A program made the translations under genes and the position numbers. The notes below the pieces were generated by a model, which saw only the letters and a list, made by a program, of their open reading frames with translations, made no database searches and was not told the DNA's origin. From a virus, in IMG/VR virus record IMGVR_UViG_3300023283_000146, positions 1-64,000 of that record: 64,000 bases of DNA; one strand, given 5' to 3'. Shown one piece after another: positions 1-8,132 of this stretch; position 1 is the first letter of the stretch, and every line of letters starts with the position of its first letter.

Positions 1-401
1 GTTCCAGCCCCACTAGCCGAAAAGGCCAGCAGTCCACTGGACGTTCCTGACAACAGCGGTAACGTTCCAGCCCCACTAGCCGAAAAGGCCAGCAGTCCAG
101 AGGCTGTGCCCTGCAGCAAGGGCAGGACGGCCGTCGCTGTGGCCGTAAACGTCAGCGAACCTGCCGCTGTGCCCAGCAGGAGCGGTAGGTCGCCTGTGGC
201 TGTGCCGCTGAAAACCAGCGAACCCGCCGCTGCGCTCTGCAGCAACGGCAGGGACCCGTCAGCGGTCCCTGAGAAGACTTGTTGACCCGAGGCAGAACCT
301 TGCAGCAACGGCAGGTTGCCTGACCCACTTCCCGAGAAAGTGAGGTCACCAGACCCTGAGCCAGTCAGAAGCGGCAGATTGCCACTACCTGTGCCGCTAT
401 A
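1..401 (-). repeat. coding tandem repeat, 63-nt period, at least 6 units (peptide LPLLxGxxxGxLxFxGxxxGx)
   Basis: LPLL recurs exactly every 21 residues in my translation. Plus-strand bases 1-36 and 64-99 are identical. Confidence 0.85.
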
Positions 402-1631
402 GGTGTCTTGCTCTAAGAGGAGGACCGCGAACGTGTGTCCTGAAGCAGCGTCTGTTGTTTTGTTCAGCGTGAAGCCATCGCTGTCCCAAGAGTCAACATC
501 TGCTTCAAAAACTTTCACCTTGCGGTGGTTGGTGAAGTTGAAACTTTGGCTGCCGTCTAAGAAGCTTGAGTTATTTGAGGTGCTCTGTGCTTCCTGTTCT
601 GTGTGGCCAATACAGGTTTCTTCGCCCCGGTCGTTCGCAAACAGTAGCCCGCCACCACCCATATCATTGTTGTAGGTGACGGCAGAGTCAGGCCAGCCAT
701 AGTTGTCTACCTGGAAAAGCCCCAGGAACGCTTGCGGTTTGAAGCCAACACCCGTGAAAGCTTCTGTGCCCGTAGTGGCGTCAGTGTTGTAATGTGCAAG
801 CGCAACTGCGTTGTCTGGAAACCTAATAGCCAGGTAGCCAATCCTTGGGCCACTGCCTGTGTCTCCAAAATCTCCAATATCAGAGCTGATCTCAAATCCT
901 GTAGAAGTCCAAGAGTCCAGCTCAGTTGAAGGGAAGATGTTTGTTGCTGGCCGTGCACTTTGACCAAGGTTGCGGTAACGCATACCGCCGTTTTCACTGG
1001 TCGAGGCCCCGGTCTCAGCAATCCAAGAGATGCCTCTTGACTCCGAACCATCACCTGGGGTCCGAACTGTCAACGCAAAGTTTCCAACAAGCAAGTTGGA
1101 CGGTATTGCATTGAAGTCCATATAGCCAGACAATGTGAATAACATGTCTGGCTTGAACCCAACGTTCACAGCTGTGGTGCCTGCACCAATCGCTGGTGGC
1201 ACCTCAGAACCTACGGCAACTTCAATATCGTCGCCAAAGAACATGACGACTGAGATTTCGTAGGCAACACTAGGTGCGTTGATCCAATCGATTCGCACCC
1301 CACCAGAGATGAACGAGTCCATGTCAGCTCGCCCATCGAGGCTGCCCGCATCATCCGTGATCAGAACAGCACTAATGCTCTGACCTGTGCGAGATGTGTC
1401 CATCGTGCTGACATTGTCTTCCGACTGCAGCACGACCCCCTTCTCAGTCGTCCCGTCTGTAAAAGCGACCGACCAGACCCGCCCATCAAAGAGCGAGCCG
1501 TCGTCGGTCGTAGCTAGGGTGACTAAGAAGATCGCCGCTTTCGGCGTCTCCGAGACACCCGAAATAGTGATGTCTTGCGTCCCTGTCGACGTGTTAGCGT
1601 TGACAGTCGTCGACCGGATAGACGCAATCAC
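1..1631 (-). CDS. hypothetical virion-module protein, truncated by the left window edge; C-terminal part is an exact-period 21-aa repeat array
   Basis: Absent from the ORF track because no stop lies inside the window. Hand translation of the minus strand from GTG at 1631 (first start after an in-frame TGA) stays open for 543 codons to position 1. Same strand and directly downstream of portal and the 147-aa gene. Confidence 0.6.
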   Translation of the reverse strand, partial: MIASIRSTTVNANTSTGTQDITISGVSETPKAAIFLVTLATTDDGSLFDGRVWSVAFTDGTTEKGVVLQSEDNVSTMDTSRTGQSISAVLITDDAGSLDGRADMDSFISGGVRIDWINAPSVAYEISVVMFFGDDIEVAVGSEVPPAIGAGTTAVNVGFKPDMLFTLSGYMDFNAIPSNLLVGNFALTVRTPGDGSESRGISWIAETGASTSENGGMRYRNLGQSARPATNIFPSTELDSWTSTGFEISSDIGDFGDTGSGPRIGYLAIRFPDNAVALAHYNTDATTGTEAFTGVGFKPQAFLGLFQVDNYGWPDSAVTYNNDMGGGGLLFANDRGEETCIGHTEQEAQSTSNNSSFLDGSQSFNFTNHRKVKVFEADVDSWDSDGFTLNKTTDAASGHTFAVLLLEQDTYSGTGSGNLPLLTGSGSGDLTFSGSGSGNLPLLQGSASGQQVFSGTADGSLPLLQSAAAGSLVFSGTATGDLPLLLGTAAGSLTFTATATAVLPLLQGTASGLLAFSASGAGTLPLLSGTSSGLLAFSASGAG

Positions 1632-1669
1632 TAGGTGGGTGGGGTGTCAGGCTCTAGCGAGCCAGGCCA

Positions 1670-2113
1670 TCAGGATTCCGGCATCGTAATCGTGAGCGAA
1701 GTCACTTCTACCTTTGCTCCGGCCACAATGTCCTTCGCATTGAGAACGAGCTCTTCCCCATTGTCAGGGTCAGCGGATTCTCGCACTGCGCCTTGGATCT
1801 TCGGAGTGTCGTCACGGTCCAACAGCCTGAAGAAGGTGGCCGTGCCAGTGTTGTTGGCATCCGTGTCATCCGAGATTGCGTTGGCCGTAGCCGTTGCTCC
1901 CGGTGCAGCGTCAGTGGCATTGCCGAAGGCCGGATTGCTTAGATCTAGCTCTGCAAGCACAGTGTTGCCCGAGAGAGCAGTGTCAGGAGCCGTGGGCGCA
2001 GTGCCGTCATAGATGACGAGCTTGCCCTGGGCGTTGGACGTACCAGCATCAACTGAGTCAACAGCGGTATCGCACATGTCAATCGCGACCGTGTTGGCAA
2101 TCGAAAGGGTCAT
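1670..2113 (-). CDS. hypothetical protein (147 aa), virion module
   Basis: ORF track. Start overlaps the portal stop (2110-2113). Ala/Thr/Asp-rich, no motif recognised. Confidence 0.6.
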   Translation of the reverse strand: MTLSIANTVAIDMCDTAVDSVDAGTSNAQGKLVIYDGTAPTAPDTALSGNTVLAELDLSNPAFGNATDAAPGATATANAISDDTDANNTGTATFFRLLDRDDTPKIQGAVRESADPDNGEELVLNAKDIVAGAKVEVTSLTITMPES

Positions 2114-3534
2114 TGGTTCTCCTCTGTGGTTTGCTCACCTTCTGGTGAAGGCTCTTCAACCCCAACACTAGGGTTGGGTTGACGTCTGGTGGGCAGCAAT
2201 GAGCTGTCCGCCATCAGGTTGATTTCTTCAGGCATGGTCAGGCCGAGCAAGTCACGAACCTGCCGCACAGCCGGATCATCCGGAGTAAGGATTGCACCAG
2301 CTTTCGCGAGATCGGCTAGTGCTCCTGTCACTTGTTCAATGTCACGGTAGGTGATCGCTTCAGTCTTGAGCGTGGGCATCAACTCAACAGGCCAACCGTT
2401 GAGCTCAAAGATGCGCCGCACAAGATCTCGCATGTAGACCTCACGGATCTCTTGCAGAGTTGAATCTACAATCAAGCCGAAGTTGTTCGATTTGTCTCGC
2501 GCAAGCGCGTGCGAGCCCGAGCTCCCCTCACCAAGCAGGAGGTTCTCCACCCCCAGTGTGCGGGCCATTTCAAGGTTCTTGCGCGCGATTGCCTGAGCGA
2601 TAGCTTCCTGAGACGTCGACCCTGCCCGCAACAGCGACATATCCCACTCCTTCACATTAGAAGGAGTCGAAGCATCATCTTCAGAACGATACGTCATGCT
2701 GTCCAGCAGCAGGCCGAGCTGAGGATTGCGGATGTGGTTTTCAATGAAGGTTTTCAGCGGCTTGACAATACTGTCTTTGTCTTCCTTAGAAAGCCTTCCT
2801 GCTTTGACCTCTTCTTCCAACGCAGCGAGCGGCGCTCTGCCCACGGGCATGCCGCGGAGGTCTGTCTCGAAGCCATAGCCTTCGAGCTTCTCTAGCTGCT
2901 CAAGCTCAGTTGCTCCTTTGACTACGTGCCGTAACAACCCCAACCCTTCAGGTGAGTCAGTCAAGGAGTCATCAACCAGGTACACGATCTTCTCGCGTGG
3001 CAGATAGATCTCCTCAAAGTTCTGGGGCGATCTTTGGATGACCCCGGCGACTCGCCCACCAACTTCTACGTCCCATCTTTCGATTGTGTGCTGTGGGCGT
3101 GCATCAACAGAAAGGAGCCCAATCTCTCCGGATTCAAGCTGTTGTGCTGTCCACTCTTGAATCGAGAACCCCCAGAACCGATAGCCTGCGCTCCGCCGAA
3201 CTATCTTGTGAAATGGGGTTTCTACGATCTTGGACAGAATCTCTTCTGTCTTCTGTGCAAGCTCTGCCGCCCGAGGCCCACCACCTATCGCTGGCTCATA
3301 CACCCACCGCGCCTTGGCTGTTAGGTTGAGAAAGAACCGAACACCAGCTGCAACGATTGCTGTGTTCGTGAGGATTTCACTGTAGCGAGTCCACTTCTGC
3401 TCACCAGTAAGATCTTTGTTCTTCTCGACCGTTTGGATGATGCCGCCATAAATCGGAGTACCGATTGTGCCGGCTTCTTTCGTTGCCGGAACGTTGCGGC
3501 GCAGGGGCGCGAGTAGTTGATCAAGAAAGGGCAT
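2110..3534 (-). CDS. portal protein (positional call)
   Basis: 474-aa ORF beginning 4 nt after the terL stop on the same strand. Size and position are typical of portal proteins; no motif verified. Confidence 0.7.
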   Translation of the reverse strand: MPFLDQLLAPLRRNVPATKEAGTIGTPIYGGIIQTVEKNKDLTGEQKWTRYSEILTNTAIVAAGVRFFLNLTAKARWVYEPAIGGGPRAAELAQKTEEILSKIVETPFHKIVRRSAGYRFWGFSIQEWTAQQLESGEIGLLSVDARPQHTIERWDVEVGGRVAGVIQRSPQNFEEIYLPREKIVYLVDDSLTDSPEGLGLLRHVVKGATELEQLEKLEGYGFETDLRGMPVGRAPLAALEEEVKAGRLSKEDKDSIVKPLKTFIENHIRNPQLGLLLDSMTYRSEDDASTPSNVKEWDMSLLRAGSTSQEAIAQAIARKNLEMARTLGVENLLLGEGSSGSHALARDKSNNFGLIVDSTLQEIREVYMRDLVRRIFELNGWPVELMPTLKTEAITYRDIEQVTGALADLAKAGAILTPDDPAVRQVRDLLGLTMPEEINLMADSSLLPTRRQPNPSVGVEEPSPEGEQTTEENQ

Positions 3535-3537
3535 GTC

Positions 3538-5043
3538 TCAACCGCCAATGATCTCGGGTGACGACCCGAGGGGTGTGCGCTTCTTCACTTGTAGTTCCAT
3601 GTACGCGCGAGAAGCCGCATCAATCTGGTCAGTGTATTCACCGGCAGGAAACAACATAGCTTCCTGAATGAACGTTTCATTCCATGAGCCCCTCACCAGA
3701 AACAGGTTGCCTGCTTCAGCTTGAGCGGCCAACGGACGGGCACGATCTTCCTTGCTGCCCGTCTCAGGAGTGAACCGAACGTTGTACCCATGCACGAGCG
3801 CAGCGAGATGCCCCTTTTGTGATTTGCCCGCCTGCCCAGGGTCTTGCGGAAGCCCAATCTTGACGTCCAGCCCGTCAGCTGTGGCGCAAGCGACGACTGC
3901 CTGCTCTACCGCATGCGGGCTACCTTTGAGACGACGTGAGTGCTCGATATAGATGCGGCCGCGGGAGTCTCTCGACATTTTGACGCCCGCAGTGAACTTT
4001 GCCCGCTTCTTCACAGAACCTGCGAGGTCCCAGCCGCGCACCACCCGCACTGCATCAGCCGGTGCTGAGTCTACAAACTGGAAGAACTCCCTCTTGAACA
4101 TGCCACCACCCCGTGGCACTGGACGCTGTTGCAGCTGTCCTGCCTCCGCATAGGTGCCTCCCCAGGCACGCATCTGTGGCTTGAGTTCGTTCTCTAAGTA
4201 GTTTCGTGAGAAGAACTGGGGCCACAACAGCTCCCCTTCCTCTGTCCTGGGGTCTTCAAAGCCAATAATCGTCTTGCACTTCCGGTCCTGCTCAAACTCC
4301 ATTGGCAGGCAAAGGTGCGTGTAGCCGAGATCATGCTTGAGGATTAGCCCACTGATGTCGTTGGTGTGAACCCTCTGCATGATCACAACGATCGCAGAGC
4401 GATCAGGATCGTTCAGCCGGGTTGGCACAACCTCAGTGAACCACTGCGCCGCATCTTCTCTGCGCGCCTCCGAGTCAGCCGTCTTGATGTTGTGCGGGTC
4501 GTCGATCGTAAACCGATCACCCCGCTCACCAACAGTCATGCCTCCAACAGAGGTTGCAATCCTAACCCCCATGTGATCATTGTCATACCGGACCTTCGCA
4601 TTCTGATCTGCCGTCAGGTGGAAACGATCTCCCCAGGCTGCCTGGTAGCGCTCCGATTCAATGAGAATGCGACAACGTCGGTTGTCTCGAATCGTTAGTT
4701 CCTCGGAGTATGAGCTCGAGACATAACGCAACTGGGGCCGGTTCTTCGGCCCCCACTCCCAAGCCGGCCAGAACACACACGTGGTCATCGACTTCATGCA
4801 ACCTGGCGGCACATTGATCAACAGACGCCGAATCTCTCCGTTCGACACTGCTTCAAGATGCTCACAGATCGCCCCGATCGCCCAGCCATTTACAAAGTCA
4901 CGACCCGGCTCTAGCACTTCCCACATGTACTGGATGAAGCCAACTAGACGCCGCTCCGCCTCCAGCCGGTCCATCGCCTCCAGCGCAGCTTCTGGGTTCT
5001 CTAAGGCTGCAGCCAGAGCACGATCAATCTTCTCGTTCGACAC
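3538..5043 (-). CDS. terL: terminase large subunit
   Basis: 501 aa, GTG start preceded by AGGAAGA. The N-terminal ATPase-like region (LINVPPGCMKSM) and the C-terminal nuclease-like region look like TerL. Preceded by terS and followed by portal. Confidence 0.85.
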   Translation of the reverse strand: MSNEKIDRALAAALENPEAALEAMDRLEAERRLVGFIQYMWEVLEPGRDFVNGWAIGAICEHLEAVSNGEIRRLLINVPPGCMKSMTTCVFWPAWEWGPKNRPQLRYVSSSYSEELTIRDNRRCRILIESERYQAAWGDRFHLTADQNAKVRYDNDHMGVRIATSVGGMTVGERGDRFTIDDPHNIKTADSEARREDAAQWFTEVVPTRLNDPDRSAIVVIMQRVHTNDISGLILKHDLGYTHLCLPMEFEQDRKCKTIIGFEDPRTEEGELLWPQFFSRNYLENELKPQMRAWGGTYAEAGQLQQRPVPRGGGMFKREFFQFVDSAPADAVRVVRGWDLAGSVKKRAKFTAGVKMSRDSRGRIYIEHSRRLKGSPHAVEQAVVACATADGLDVKIGLPQDPGQAGKSQKGHLAALVHGYNVRFTPETGSKEDRARPLAAQAEAGNLFLVRGSWNETFIQEAMLFPAGEYTDQIDAASRAYMELQVKKRTPLGSSPEIIGG

Positions 5044-5677
5044 CAGGGTCTTCCTCTTCGTTCTCTATGTCAATGGTGCGCGCCTGCTCCAACTGCTGCG
5101 CTTCTCGTGAAGCCTTCACCTGTTTCAACAGGTGCCGAAGCTGCGCCTGCTGCTCAGGCGGTAGGTCCTTCAAGACTTCAAGGGTTGGGTAGACCCCAAC
5201 CGCACCTTCGTGCTTCACCGTTTTCTGGACAGAGGTTCGGTCGCGATACTCAGCAATGTGGCGTTTCGCCAACATCGCCAACAGTTGATCACTATATTTA
5301 CGAACCTTGCCCTGTACCTGCCCTCTGTGGAACACAGGTTCGTCCCAACCATCGATTGCTCGACGATGGATCTCTGCCTCGATCGATTCTCGATAGACCT
5401 GCATCGCCTCTTCCTCCGCCATCGCAAAGGAAAGGTCTTTCTGGGCGGTTTTGTAGACAGTCTGCCGAGTCACACCAGCCCGCATAGCTGACTCAGCCTT
5501 CCGCCCCGTCTTAGCGAGAATGTCGAGATAAATCCTCTGCCGAGCTTTGTCGAACCTCGTCCACGACTTCAGGTTCGATCCTCGCTCGCCAGCTGCCTTG
5601 TTGGTTCCGCCGAAGGTCTCCGGGTACCGAACACGACTCTCTTTCGACTTCTTCTTTCTCTTCGCCACAAGCGCCAA
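5024..5677 (-). CDS. terS: terminase small subunit (HTH type)
   Basis: 217 aa overlapping the terL start. Basic N-terminus, then an HTH-like stretch (ILAKTGRKAESAMRAGVTRQTVYK) and a coiled-coil, acidic C-terminus. Confidence 0.7.
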   Translation of the reverse strand: MALVAKRKKKSKESRVRYPETFGGTNKAAGERGSNLKSWTRFDKARQRIYLDILAKTGRKAESAMRAGVTRQTVYKTAQKDLSFAMAEEEAMQVYRESIEAEIHRRAIDGWDEPVFHRGQVQGKVRKYSDQLLAMLAKRHIAEYRDRTSVQKTVKHEGAVGVYPTLEVLKDLPPEQQAQLRHLLKQVKASREAQQLEQARTIDIENEEEDPGVERED

Positions 5678-5928
5678 GAATATCCGTTCCTGGGGCCGGG
5701 CGCATCAGTGAAAGATCAAGAGAACGGAGCCCTGCCTAGCTACATGGCATCACCAGACAGGGCTCCAAGCGGCGCAACCCCCATTCAGAGAAAGGCTGGT
5801 CAGTGAAATCCTGCGCCACCACATAAACTCGAACAAGGGTCGTCGACAGCTCAAGAACCCAGGCAGCAGGGTTCTGGCTCAAGAAGACACGCGAAAAGGA
5901 GCGAAAAAGACAAGGCTGGTGGCCCAGA

Positions 5929-5950
5929 GGGGGCGGCGGTAGCCGCCCCC
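5929..5950. terminator. GC hairpin (9-bp stem GGGGGCGGC, loop GGTA); possible attenuator between element A and terS
   Basis: Perfect inverted repeat seen directly. On the minus strand a T-rich tract (tctttttcgctccttttcg) follows about 15 nt downstream. Confidence 0.3.
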
Positions 5951-5988
5951 TAACTCTGTCTGGGGGCCCTCGAATAGTGTTTCGGGCT

Positions 5989-6270
5989 CCGAACGACCTA
6001 CTCGACCTTGTCTTCTGCCGTGGCCTGAGGTCGTTCGGCGTAAGTCCGGCCCAGCACAGCGGTTACTCTACCTACTCTACCTACTCGACTTGAGAGAGAG
6101 GAGAGAGATCAGAGTTGCAGGTCGCCCCGCTGGGCAAATGCACCGATCTCTCCTGGTTTTGTTGCAAAGGTCGAGTAGGTCGAGTAGGTCGTTCGGGGCC
6201 TGTGCTCTGAAGGAGTTACGGCGAACGACCTTGAAACACACAGGTCGAGTAGGTCGAGTAGGTCGTTCGG
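5989..6270. repeat. composite repeat element A: direct and inverted GGTCGAGTA / CGAACGACC motifs around a GAGAGGAGAGAGATC tract (weaker copies extend to about 6420)
   Basis: ccgaacgacctactcgacc (5989), ctactcgac + gagagaggagagagatc (6080-6110), ggtcgagtaggtcgagtaggtcgttcgg twice (6169-6195, 6243-6270). The same order of sub-motifs recurs at 43147-43421. Confidence 0.85.
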
Positions 6271-6539
6271 GCGTCTAGGTTCAGGCCTGAACGTGATGGA
6301 AGCTGTGTGTAGGTGATGAAGCTGAATCGGGTCAAGGGCCGATGCGTCTTGACTCGACCTACGGTGGCTCGAACGACCTGCGGCCCCCGCCGCTCGACCT
6401 GGGTGAGGCGGGTCGAGTTGGAACAAGAGACAAGTTTGGTTTTTGGTGGAAATGTCTCGAGCGTCGGAGCGGGCCAAAGTGAGCCCCCCTACCGGGGGTC
6501 CCTCTTACCGAACTTTTACGACAAATCTATTTACTGAAG

Positions 6540-6668
6540 TCTTACGTAAGACTTTCGTAAGATTACACAACTCTTACAGTGATTCACTAAAGCCCCAGTC
6601 TTACGTAACTCTTACGGTGATTCACTAAAGTTGCAGTCTTACGTAACTCTTACAGTGATTCACTAAAG
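6540..6668. repeat. one perfect TCTTACGTAAGA palindrome (6540-6551) followed by a 38-bp tandem repeat x3 (core CTCTTACRGTGATTCACTAAAG at 6571, 6609, 6647)
   Basis: Read directly from the sequence. Confidence 0.9.
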
Positions 6669-6695
6669 TCTCGGTCTTACACAAGTCTTACCAAG

Positions 6696-6770
6696 AAAGG
6701 CTAAAGGTGAAAGAAGCTGGGGAAAGGCTAAAGGTGAAAGAAACCCGGGAAAAGCTAAAGGTGAAAGGGC
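6696..6770. repeat. 26-27-bp tandem repeat x3 (core GCTAAAGGTGAAAG at 6700, 6727, 6753)
   Basis: Read directly from the sequence. Purine-rich on the plus strand. Confidence 0.9.
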
Positions 6771-7088
6771 CGGCCAGCCGAGGCCCCGCCCCACCGACCG
6801 AAAGAACGGGCCGGTTCGACAAGGGCCCGCGCCGGCCGGGCCCCGGTAGGGCCGGGGGCGAGCGACGGCCCCGGCCCCTACCGCTAGCCCCCTACCCTTA
6901 CCGGATATACCCTTCCCCAGCCCCCGCCCCGCTAGGCTACGTACCGCTGGCCCTACGCTGCGGCCCGGCGGGCCTTAGCTACCTTGCCGTTTACGCCCCG
7001 CCCTAGGCCCCCGGGCCTTAGTACGGGCCCTACCGTTACGGCTAAATAGCAACGGCCCTAGCCCCCCGCTGTAATACAAGAAACACAA

Positions 7089-7131
7089 TAGCCGCGGGCC
7101 GTTGGTAGTAGCTACCAACGGCCCGCGGCTA
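7089..7131 (-). terminator. 20-bp perfect inverted repeat downstream of the last island gene
   Basis: tagccgcgggccgttggtag / ctaccaacggcccgcggcta separated by 3 nt, 17 nt after the stop at 7148. No clean U-tract. Confidence 0.5.
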
Positions 7132-7147
7132 GCGTAAGGTTACCGCC

Positions 7148-7390
7148 CTAAGCGGCTAGCAGCGGGAGCAGCGCAACGGCCCCGCCGAGGAGCATAAGGG
7201 CCGCGCCCCACGCCAGCGGCCGCATAACGGCCCGCTCTTCGGCCCGTAGGGCCGCGGCGGCCAGGCGGTGGTATTCCCGCCGCTCGGCGCCGCTAAGGGC
7301 GGGCCGGCGGTCCGCCAGGTCGACAAAGCGGGCCCAAGAAACAGGGCAGAAGCCCGCGGGACGGCTGTCTTGGTATTTAGCGGTAGGCAT
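7148..7390 (-). CDS. hypothetical small protein (80 aa) with a hydrophobic C-terminal segment
   Basis: Track ORF 7148..7414 trimmed to the internal ATG at 7390 (MPTAKYQ...). This ATG has the same ATGCCTACCGCT start as the upstream mini-ORF. The C-terminus AWGAALMLLGGAVALLPLLAA looks transmembrane. Confidence 0.5.
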   Translation of the reverse strand: MPTAKYQDSRPAGFCPVSWARFVDLADRRPALSGAERREYHRLAAAALRAEERAVMRPLAWGAALMLLGGAVALLPLLAA

Positions 7391-7397
7391 GGCTAGG

Positions 7398-7484
7398 CTA
7401 GGCGAAAGCGACAAGAGCGCTAAGGGTAAGGCCCAGGGCGGCGGCGCGGACGGCGAGAGCGGTAAGACGAGGAGCGGTAGGCAT
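7398..7484 (-). CDS. possible 28-aa hydrophobic peptide (MPTAPRLTALAVRAAALGLTLSALVAFA)
   Basis: Not in the track (too short); my translation. Begins with the same 12 nt as the next gene and sits just downstream of the duplicated GC-rich leader. Confidence 0.3.
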   Translation of the reverse strand: MPTAPRLTALAVRAAALGLTLSALVAFA

Positions 7485-7575
7485 GGCTAGCGGTAGGGTT
7501 AGGGGCCCGGGGGCGGCCGGGCCGGCCGGCGGGGCCGCGCCCCGCTATATGGAGATAACGGCTAGCGGGGGGCCT
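7485..7575 (-). promoter_or_regulatory. GC-rich upstream/leader element, copy 1 (copy 2 at 9032-9115)
   Basis: Shares aggggcccgggggcggccggg (7501-7521 = 9044-9064), then ccccgc-(N)-atat and acggctagcggg blocks with copy 2. Both abut a minus-strand ATG. Confidence 0.4.
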
Positions 7576-7595
7576 AACCTTTAGGCCCCCCGCTA
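7563..7595 (-). terminator. 15-bp stem hairpin downstream of gene 7636..8043
   Basis: tagcggggggcctaa / ttaggccccccgcta with a 3-nt loop. Confidence 0.45.
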
Positions 7596-7635
7596 ATATA
7601 GCCGCGCTTACCGTAAGCTACGCTAACGGCAATAC

Positions 7636-8043
7636 TTACGCCCCCAGGTCCCCGAACGGGCCCCCCAGGTAGGGCCCGTAGCTAGGGGCGCCCGGCCGGC
7701 GCGGACAAAGGGCGGCCCAACGCCGTACTAGCCGCTGTAGCGCCCGCCGCTGGTGCCCTTTGGCCCGGCCCCGCTGGGCGTTTACCGCCCGCGCCACCGC
7801 GGCCCGTAGGTAGCCGGGGCCGCGCCCGTGGTCCGGTAGCGCTGCTCCTAGGGCCCGTAGGTCGGCTGGCGTAGCGTAGTAGCCCGCTAGGGCGTCCTCC
7901 GCTACGGTAGCGGTAAGCGCGGCGGCCCCGTTGGGCCTAGCGTACGGCCTAAGGGCCGCATGCCCACGCAAGGCGGTAAGTAGGCGGGCGGTCGGGGGCG
8001 TAGCGCGGCGGGCGGCGCGGCGGCGGCGGAGCGGGGAGCGCAT
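7636..8043 (-). CDS. hypothetical Ala/Arg-rich protein (135 aa)
   Basis: ORF track, the only long frame here. Upstream context ccctagctactactagctATG lacks a Shine-Dalgarno. Confidence 0.5.
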   Translation of the reverse strand: MRSPLRRRRAARRATPPTARLLTALRGHAALRPYARPNGAAALTATVAEDALAGYYATPADLRALGAALPDHGRGPGYLRAAVARAVNAQRGRAKGHQRRALQRLVRRWAALCPRRPGAPSYGPYLGGPFGDLGA

Positions 8044-8132
8044 AGCTAGTAGTAGCTAGGGTAGCGGCGGGCGGCGCGGGGGACCGCCCCCCGCGCACAA
8101 CGTTACTTTTCGGCTAGGGCGGCCGGGGCCCT

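Noticed and set aside
6090-6537. Track ORFs 6090..6278(+), 6109..6477(-) and 6313..6537(+) inside repeat element A.
   Set aside because: They are composed of the iterated GGTCGAGTA/GGTCGTTCG words. The homologous element B is not open in corresponding frames, so the region is better explained as non-coding.
6707-7006. 99-aa plus-strand ORF from the track.
   Set aside because: Its N-terminus is a translation of the 26-27-bp tandem repeat (KVKE.. x3). The rest is Pro/Gly/Arg-rich, typical of a spurious frame in GC-rich DNA.
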